A DNA stretch of 32,000 nucleotides from Psychrobacter sp. DM4. GTDB taxonomy: Bacteria; Pseudomonadota; Gammaproteobacteria; Pseudomonadales; Moraxellaceae. Below the pieces are notes generated by a model that did no database searches, was not told where the DNA came from, and saw only the letters and a program-made list of their open reading frames with translations. Numbering within the stretch: the first letter of the stretch is position 1; the number at the start of each line of letters is the position of its first letter. The translations under genes and the position numbers were made by a program. Location: contig NZ_CP195536.1 of assembly GCF_051307035.1 (NCBI RefSeq), positions 1,860,001-1,892,000 on the forward strand. The letters run 5' to 3'. This document shows, one piece after another, positions 26,355 to 32,000 of this stretch.

Positions 26355-27248
26355 ATGATGACCGATACTAAGGCCAGTAATACCATGTCCCAGACTGACA
26401 CCCATTCTCAAAGTAGTGAACAGACATGCTTAGCAGACTTGCCGATCTTGTTTAAGTCGCTGCACATTGACACTCTGCCAGATGATGTACAAGAAATCAT
26501 TGCCCGTGTCGATGCCTGCCTGCCGCAAACTCAGTGTGGTCTATGCGAGCATCCAGATGGCTGTTTGCCTTATGCCGCCGCTATTATGATGGACAATGAG
26601 CCTTATAATAAGTGCGTCCCAGGCGGTCAACCTGTCACCGATGCTATTAAGCAAATACTCATAGAAAACACACTTATTAATGAGCAAATGTCGCTCACGG
26701 CTGCACCTTCTCAGTGGCCGACTGATACTAGCTCAGAGCGTCCGACTGAAGTACGCGCGATCATCCGCGAGGACGACTGTATCGGCTGTACCAAATGTAT
26801 TCCTGCCTGCCCTGTCGATGCCATCGTTGGTACAGGTAAGCATATGCATACGATCTTTACCGATCTTTGTACTGGCTGCGAGTTATGTATCGCGCCTTGC
26901 CCCGTTGATTGCATCGATTTGGTAGTGGTTGATAGACAATTATCACCATCAGAGCGCGTACAAGAGCAAGACAATCTACGCCATCGTTATCATACGCATC
27001 TAAAGCGCGTGACTCGCCAGCTGGCAAATAGCAGCAATCGTAAACCAGTTGTTAGTATGATGGAGGCCAAACTCAATAACGCCGCCAACCAAACGCTTGA
27101 TATTAGTGCGCAGCAGGCAAAAAATACTATTGCAGCGGCCAAATTACGTAGCAAAATTAAAAAACTGGAAAAACAGCTCAGCATACGTCCTAATGCGCAA
27201 AAAAAGGCCGAACTTAACGCGCTACAGCTTGAGTTGACGCAGCTTTAA
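26355..27248 (+). CDS. RnfB/RsxB-like ferredoxin (soluble form, C-terminal coiled-coil tail)
   Basis: RnfB-type cluster motif CGLCEHPDGCLPYAAAI..(12)..CVPGG, followed by two ferredoxin motifs, CIGCTKCIPACP and CTGCELCIAPCP. The N-terminus is polar with no TM anchor. The last ~100 aa are K/Q/A/L-rich. Confidence 0.8.
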   Translation: MMTDTKASNTMSQTDTHSQSSEQTCLADLPILFKSLHIDTLPDDVQEIIARVDACLPQTQCGLCEHPDGCLPYAAAIMMDNEPYNKCVPGGQPVTDAIKQILIENTLINEQMSLTAAPSQWPTDTSSERPTEVRAIIREDDCIGCTKCIPACPVDAIVGTGKHMHTIFTDLCTGCELCIAPCPVDCIDLVVVDRQLSPSERVQEQDNLRHRYHTHLKRVTRQLANSSNRKPVVSMMEAKLNNAANQTLDISAQQAKNTIAAAKLRSKIKKLEKQLSIRPNAQKKAELNALQLELTQL

Positions 27249-27325
27249 ACTCAGTATTGAAGTTCAGTATAAGTGAAGTCTTGATCCAAAAATGAAATAA
27301 CGACAATCAAATAAAGATAAGTCCC

Positions 27326-28021
27326 ATGAGTAAAACGGTCAAACACAAAACTGCTAACACGCCGCCATCACGACGGATACCCAATCGCGACGTACGGCCA
27401 TTTTTTGAAAAGCTGGCGGCAACGATTGAAGAGCCTGTGACTGAGCTGCGCTTTGAGAGTAATTTTGAGCTGCTCATTGCGGTTATTCTCTCAGCACAAG
27501 CAACAGATATCAGCGTTAATATCGCAACCGATCAGCTGTATCCTGTGGCCAACACTCCCCAAGCGATTTTGGAATTAGGCGAAGAGGCGCTCAAACCTTA
27601 TATCAAAAACATCGGTCTACATAATGCTAAAGCCAAAAACATCATCAAAACCTGTCGCGATTTGATTGATAAATTCGACAGCACTGTTCCCGATAACCGC
27701 AAGGATCTTGAGTCACTGGCAGGCGTTGGACGTAAGACGGCAAACGTTGTCCTCAATACTGGTTTTGGTCAGCCCACCATGGCGGTCGATACCCATATCT
27801 TTCGCGTGGGCAATCGTACTGGACTTGCTACAGGCAAAAATGTCTTGATCGTTGAGCAAAAACTGGTCGAGCGTATACCTGAGGATATGATGATGGACGC
27901 GCATCACTATCTAATCTTGCATGGGCGCTATACCTGTCAAGCGCGTACGCCTAAATGCGGCGCTTGTCCTGTTTTTGAAGAATGTATGTTCAAAGACAAA
28001 GTTGCGTTTTTAGAATTATAG
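27326..28021 (+). CDS. nth: Endonuclease III
   Basis: HhH-GPD block LAGVGRKTANVVL, catalytic-region VDTHIFRV, and the Fe-S loop CQARTPKCGACPVFEEC. Confidence 0.92.
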   Translation: MSKTVKHKTANTPPSRRIPNRDVRPFFEKLAATIEEPVTELRFESNFELLIAVILSAQATDISVNIATDQLYPVANTPQAILELGEEALKPYIKNIGLHNAKAKNIIKTCRDLIDKFDSTVPDNRKDLESLAGVGRKTANVVLNTGFGQPTMAVDTHIFRVGNRTGLATGKNVLIVEQKLVERIPEDMMMDAHHYLILHGRYTCQARTPKCGACPVFEECMFKDKVAFLEL

Positions 28022-28070
28022 CTATTTTATTATAGTTATTGATTTCATGATCTATGATTAAGGAAACCTA

Positions 28071-28667
28071 ATGCAAACCCTTACCGCGCTCGTCTTCGAT
28101 GACTTCGAAACTTTGGATCTGTTTGGACCCATAGAGATGTTTGGTTGCGTGCCTGAGCATTATCACCTTCAGTTTGCCTCCTTATCGGGCGGCGTCATTC
28201 GCAGTAAACACAGCGTTGCTATGCAAACGATTGCTGTAGCAGATCTACCAGACCAGACTGATGTCTTGCTCGTAGTCGGCGGTATAGGTACGCGTCAGCA
28301 AATCGACAACAATGAGTTTTTGCAAACCCTTGTCACTCTGTCTAACACTGCTGACTGGGTGCTTAGCGTCTGTACCGGTAGCGGTCTATTAGCAAAAGCA
28401 GGTCTTTTGGATGGCAAGCGTGCTACCTCCAACAAACTCTCATGGCAATGGGTGATATCTCAGTCCGAGCATGTCAATTGGACCAAGCAAGCGCGCTGGG
28501 TCGTCGATGGTAAATTCTATACCTCATCAGGTGTGAGTGCTGGCATGGATATGGCGCTTGGGTTTATCGCTGATAGACATGGTATCGAAGCCGCCAATGG
28601 CATTGCTGAGTATGCTGAATACCGCTGGCAGCAAGACAATAGTATCGATGACTTCTATCGCCCCTGA
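28071..28667 (+). CDS. DJ-1/PfpI family protein
   Basis: The nucleophile elbow SVCTGSGLLAKAGLLDGKRAT and the overall class-I glutamine amidotransferase-like layout. Confidence 0.8.
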   Translation: MQTLTALVFDDFETLDLFGPIEMFGCVPEHYHLQFASLSGGVIRSKHSVAMQTIAVADLPDQTDVLLVVGGIGTRQQIDNNEFLQTLVTLSNTADWVLSVCTGSGLLAKAGLLDGKRATSNKLSWQWVISQSEHVNWTKQARWVVDGKFYTSSGVSAGMDMALGFIADRHGIEAANGIAEYAEYRWQQDNSIDDFYRP

Positions 28668-28838
28668 TAGGCGTCATCAACATCACGTTACGTCATAGTC
28701 TTATCCATCGCTAGAGTTTTGATGCGATACACGGTAAAATGTGCTAATTTTTTGCGTCATTTCTACCCTACATATTGATATACCTTTACTAATGACTAAG
28801 TTTGTAGACTTCAGTCCTTACCATTAAGCGACCCTATT

Positions 28839-30005
28839 ATGCGTGAATACAGTTTATTTACTTCAGAATCCGTAAGCGAAGGGCATCCTGACAAGATGGC
28901 TGACCAAATATCAGATGCCATTCTTGATGCCATTCTGCGTGAAGACTTACAAGCACGCGTCGCTTGCGAGACCCTTGTCAAAACGGGTGCGGTCGTATTA
29001 GCGGGTGAGATTACCACTACCGCCAATATCGATATCGAGCGTCTCGTCCGTGATACGGTCAATGGTATTGGCTATCATCATTCAGATTTGGGTTTTGATG
29101 GTGAGACCTGCGCCGTTATCAATATGATTGGCAAACAATCCCCTGAAATTGCCCAAGGCGTCGATCGCAGTAACCCTGAAGAGCAAGGTGCTGGCGATCA
29201 AGGGCTTATGTTTGGCTATGCCAGCAACGAGACTGAGGTGCTGATGCCTGCACCTATCGAATACGCCCATCGCCTGATGCAACGACAGTCAGAGCTACGC
29301 CGTTCAGGTGAGCTGCCGTGGCTACGTCCTGATGCCAAAGCACAGGTTACTTTGAAATATGATGGCAGTCGACCGGTTGCCATTGATGCGGTGGTACTCT
29401 CAACCCAGCATGACCCAAGTATCTCGCAGAATGATCTGTTCGATGCCATCATGGACTCTATTATCAAACAAGTCCTGCCCGCTGAGCTATTGCACGCAGG
29501 AACCCGCTATCATATCAATCCAACGGGCAAGTTCGTCATAGGTGGCCCTGTTGGGGACGCAGGACTGACAGGTCGCAAAATTATCGTCGATACCTATGGC
29601 GGCATGGCGCGTCACGGCGGCGGTGCGTTCAGTGGTAAAGATCCCTCAAAAGTCGATCGTAGCGCCGCTTATGCGGTGCGTTACGTCGCCAAGAACATCG
29701 TCGCCGCAGGGTTAGCTGAGCGCTGTGAGGTACAGGTCAGTTATGCTATTGGTGTCGCAGAACCTACTTCTATCTCAGTCAATACCTTTGGCACTAGTAA
29801 GATCAGTAACGACGAAATCATTCGCCTGATTCGTACCCATTTTGATCTGCGCCCTTATGGTATTACGCGTATGCTTAATTTACTTCAACCTATGTATCAG
29901 CAAACCGCGACCTTTGGGCATTTTGGTCGCCCAGGTTCTGAGACCGCCTTTACTTGGGAAAAAACAGACAAAGCTGACATCTTAAGAGCAGATGCAGGTC
30001 TGTAA
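28839..30005 (+). CDS. metK: S-adenosylmethionine synthetase
   Basis: [25 protein letters not shown] and [19 protein letters not shown] are near-identical to E. coli MetK blocks. Confidence 0.97.
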   Translation: MREYSLFTSESVSEGHPDKMADQISDAILDAILREDLQARVACETLVKTGAVVLAGEITTTANIDIERLVRDTVNGIGYHHSDLGFDGETCAVINMIGKQSPEIAQGVDRSNPEEQGAGDQGLMFGYASNETEVLMPAPIEYAHRLMQRQSELRRSGELPWLRPDAKAQVTLKYDGSRPVAIDAVVLSTQHDPSISQNDLFDAIMDSIIKQVLPAELLHAGTRYHINPTGKFVIGGPVGDAGLTGRKIIVDTYGGMARHGGGAFSGKDPSKVDRSAAYAVRYVAKNIVAAGLAERCEVQVSYAIGVAEPTSISVNTFGTSKISNDEIIRLIRTHFDLRPYGITRMLNLLQPMYQQTATFGHFGRPGSETAFTWEKTDKADILRADAGL

Positions 30006-30033
30006 CTCATACTACATTTATTAGGAGTCATCT

Positions 30034-30423
30034 ATGTCACAAGACAATATTTCAAACCAAAATCAGGACAATAACGCGAGCACGCAAAACAATAACCCTG
30101 ACGCTCCCATCGAGATTACCCCCGAGATGCAAGCTTTTTATCAGCGCGCTGATGCCCTTATCGGCGTTGCCAACAGCCAGTTGGGTCCAGAGGCTCACTC
30201 AGGTCAAGTGGGCGCCTCACTTTTATACGCCGCGGCGCGCTATAGTGCTTCGGTTGCCTCTATTGGTTTTGTCAAAGGTGATGACTTCGCCAAAGAAAAA
30301 GACGATATCGTCGAGTTCTATGTTAAACAATACCGTCAAATGCTCAGCGATAACTTAACTGACTATGCGCAAAACTTCGACAACTACGTACAGCTTAATC
30401 AAGATGACAAGCCTGTTGAATAA
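30034..30423 (+). CDS. Small acidic protein, DUF3144-like
   Basis: AGGAG lies 7 nt upstream of the start. FYQRADALIGVAN...ASLLYAAARYSA...VEFYVKQYRQML resembles my recollection of DUF3144. The gene is 28 bp downstream of metK. The family call is unverified. Confidence 0.55.
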   Translation: MSQDNISNQNQDNNASTQNNNPDAPIEITPEMQAFYQRADALIGVANSQLGPEAHSGQVGASLLYAAARYSASVASIGFVKGDDFAKEKDDIVEFYVKQYRQMLSDNLTDYAQNFDNYVQLNQDDKPVE

Positions 30424-30450
30424 AGCACTCACACTAAAAGTATCAACACA

Positions 30451-30483
30451 AATAGCCTATCATTAAGATAGGCTATTTTTTTG
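30451..30483 (+). terminator. Intrinsic terminator after metK and the DUF3144-like gene
   Basis: AATAGCCTATC (30451-30461) pairs with GATAGGCTATT (30467-30477), followed by a T-run. Confidence 0.78.
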
Positions 30484-30550
30484 CTTGGTCTACCGTCGAT
30501 AAATCATACTTATTCGCAAATTTCAGATGAAAATAATCAACAATACCCAT

Positions 30551-30587
30551 AAAAATACCCATACCCAGCTCATGACAAGCTGGGTAT
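30551..30587 (-). terminator. Probable terminator of the BCCT gene
   Basis: ATACCCAGC (30561-30569) pairs with GCTGGGTAT (30579-30587). On the minus strand the stem is followed, after 3 nt, by TATTTTT. Confidence 0.5.
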
Positions 30588-30617
30588 AGGGTTAAATAAA
30601 ACTATTGGGCGTCATTT

Positions 30618-32000
30618 TTAGATATCTTTTCCAAGAACAGGCGGACCCTTTAACAGCGCTTCATCTGCAAATTCATTTGCTGAATTGTGCTCAGCGGATT
30701 CTTCGGTGATATACCACTGCTGATTGCGATAGAGAATCAATCTATCACGGCTGAGGCCACGTAGTAAGGAGTACATCATAATCAAAATGACGATAGCAAA
30801 AGGAAAGCCTGATACGATGGAGGCCGCTTGTAGCGCGCCTAGACCACCAGCTGCTAATAACACTGCTGCGATAACGCCTTCTGTACCTGCCCAAAACAAT
30901 CGCTGGATTTTTGGTGGATTGGTATCGCCGCCTGACGTCAGCATATCAATGACAAAACTAGCAGAATCTGATGAGGTGACAAACCAAAGTACGATCATCA
31001 CAATAATCAAAAACGATACCGCTTCGGTCATAGGATAAAATTCCATGAGCGCAAAGATCGCACTACCGCTATCCGCTTTTACCGCATCGACCAAACCTGG
31101 GCTCATGATTGCAGGATCAGCTGCAGCCATTAGCTCCATATTGACCGCCGCGCCGCCAAAAGCGGTGAACCATATAAATAAAATGGTCACAGGTATCAAT
31201 AACACACCTAAGATAAACTCACGAATAGTACGGCCGCGCGAGATACGGGCAACGAATACACCAACGAATGGTGACCAGCTGATCCACCATGCCCAGTAAA
31301 ATATCGTCCAGTATGACTGCCAGTTCTCTTCGCCCTCATACGACTCAGTCCATAATCCTAACGGAATCGCTTGGTGCAAATAGTTACCGATATTTTCGAC
31401 AAAGCTATTTAGAATAAACTGCGTAGGCCCTAAGATAATCACAAAGCTAAGCAGTACGATAGTCAAGAATATATTGATATCACTTAAACGCTTAATCCCT
31501 TTATCTAGTCCTAAAAACAGTGACATACCCGCAAACATAGTAATCACAGCAATCAAGATAATCTGCGTGGTAATGTTATTTGGGATACCAAACAAGGTAT
31601 CGAGGCCAGAGTTGATCTGTAATACGCCAAGGCCTAGCGTCGTCACGACTCCAAACATGGTACCGAATACGGCAAGCGTATCAACCGTATGACCCATAGG
31701 ACCGTATATTTTTTTACCGATTAGTGGATAAAGCGTTGAGCGAATCGCTAGAGGCAAGCCCACGCGGTAGTGAAAATACGCCAGCGCTAATGCCACGATA
31801 CCGTAAATAGCCCAAACGTGAAAACCATAATGCAAGAATGAGATATTCATTGCAAGCTTAGCCGCTTCCACAGTTTCAGGAGTACCTAAAGGCGGTGCCA
31901 TGTAATGATATAACGGCTCAGCAGTTCCCCAATACAGTAACCCGATACCAATACCTGCTGAAAATAGCATACCTATCCAAGATACCAGGTTGTATTCAGG
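30618..32000 (-). CDS. BCCT family (betaine/carnitine/choline-type) transporter, N-terminus beyond the window
   Basis: The frame stays open to position 32000 (..PEYNLVSWIGMLFSAGIGIGLLYWG), which is the BCCT signature region. It has multiple TMs and a polar C-terminal tail. Confidence 0.9.
   Translation of the reverse strand, partial: PEYNLVSWIGMLFSAGIGIGLLYWGTAEPLYHYMAPPLGTPETVEAAKLAMNISFLHYGFHVWAIYGIVALALAYFHYRVGLPLAIRSTLYPLIGKKIYGPMGHTVDTLAVFGTMFGVVTTLGLGVLQINSGLDTLFGIPNNITTQIILIAVITMFAGMSLFLGLDKGIKRLSDINIFLTIVLLSFVIILGPTQFILNSFVENIGNYLHQAIPLGLWTESYEGEENWQSYWTIFYWAWWISWSPFVGVFVARISRGRTIREFILGVLLIPVTILFIWFTAFGGAAVNMELMAAADPAIMSPGLVDAVKADSGSAIFALMEFYPMTEAVSFLIIVMIVLWFVTSSDSASFVIDMLTSGGDTNPPKIQRLFWAGTEGVIAAVLLAAGGLGALQAASIVSGFPFAIVILIMMYSLLRGLSRDRLILYRNQQWYITEESAEHNSANEFADEALLKGPPVLGKDI

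Noticed and set aside
28668-28838. Possible SAM riboswitch or other leader upstream of metK; also the tight metK / DUF3144-like coupling
   Set aside because: I could not find SAM-I, SAM-II or SAM-V-like conserved cores or a convincing pseudoknot or terminator by eye. The region is short and AT-rich. The antisense ORF at 28811-29062 is a shadow. The coupling may simply be operonic packing. An Rfam scan would settle it.
1-32000. CRISPR arrays, IS elements or MITEs with terminal inverted repeats, dif or oriC-type sites (DnaA boxes, XerCD arms), rRNA, tmRNA or other known ncRNAs
   Set aside because: Scanning by eye found no spaced 25-40 bp repeat arrays, no transposase-like ORF, no TTATCCACA clusters and no XerC/D-like 11-6-11 site. 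The AT-rich 4940-4970 region only superficially resembles dif. Absence by eye is not proof.

Overview
The window reads as conserved chromosomal DNA of an AT-leaning gammaproteobacterium. It is most consistent with Moraxellaceae (Psychrobacter/Moraxella/Acinetobacter-like); this is an inference from protein sequence flavour and the fused rnhA-dnaQ gene. I support about 30 protein genes, 2 tRNAs and several intrinsic terminators. Left to right: sspA' - sspB; dcd, an orphan 143-aa ORF and apbC/mrp (all minus strand); scoB-scoA CoA-transferase (minus) beside a 5'-truncated GntP-type permease; metG; a 4-gene ABC importer with two tandem paralogous binding lipoproteins; an SSS symporter with an unannotated 44-aa membrane ORF; tRNA-Cys and tRNA-Leu(UAA); a Tat-signal LD-carboxypeptidase; three small AT-rich unknown genes; an RNase HI-Pol III epsilon fusion; a FimL-like Hpt scaffold; nudC; a divergent EamA/LysR pair; an orphan RnfB-like ferredoxin plus nth; DJ-1/PfpI; metK; a DUF3144-like gene; and a BCCT transporter that runs off the right edge. 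I found no CRISPR array, transposase, integrase, phage gene, recognisable toxin-antitoxin pair or defence system. I cannot honestly point to a convincing novel multi-gene system here. The items most worth a second look are: (1) the rnhA-dnaQ fusion, with a ~138-aa low-complexity tether, an in-frame A9 tract and a strong leader hairpin; (2) the scoAB plus decapitated permease module wedged between apbC and metG, with a palindrome and phased repeats in its control region; (3) the orphan ORF between apbC and dcd; (4) the SSS symporter with its small downstream ORF and long repeat-bearing leader; (5) the RnfB-like ferredoxin retained next to nth without other rnf genes; (6) recurring 18-22 bp tandem duplications in intergenic spacers. 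All family assignments come from reading motifs by eye. No database search was run.
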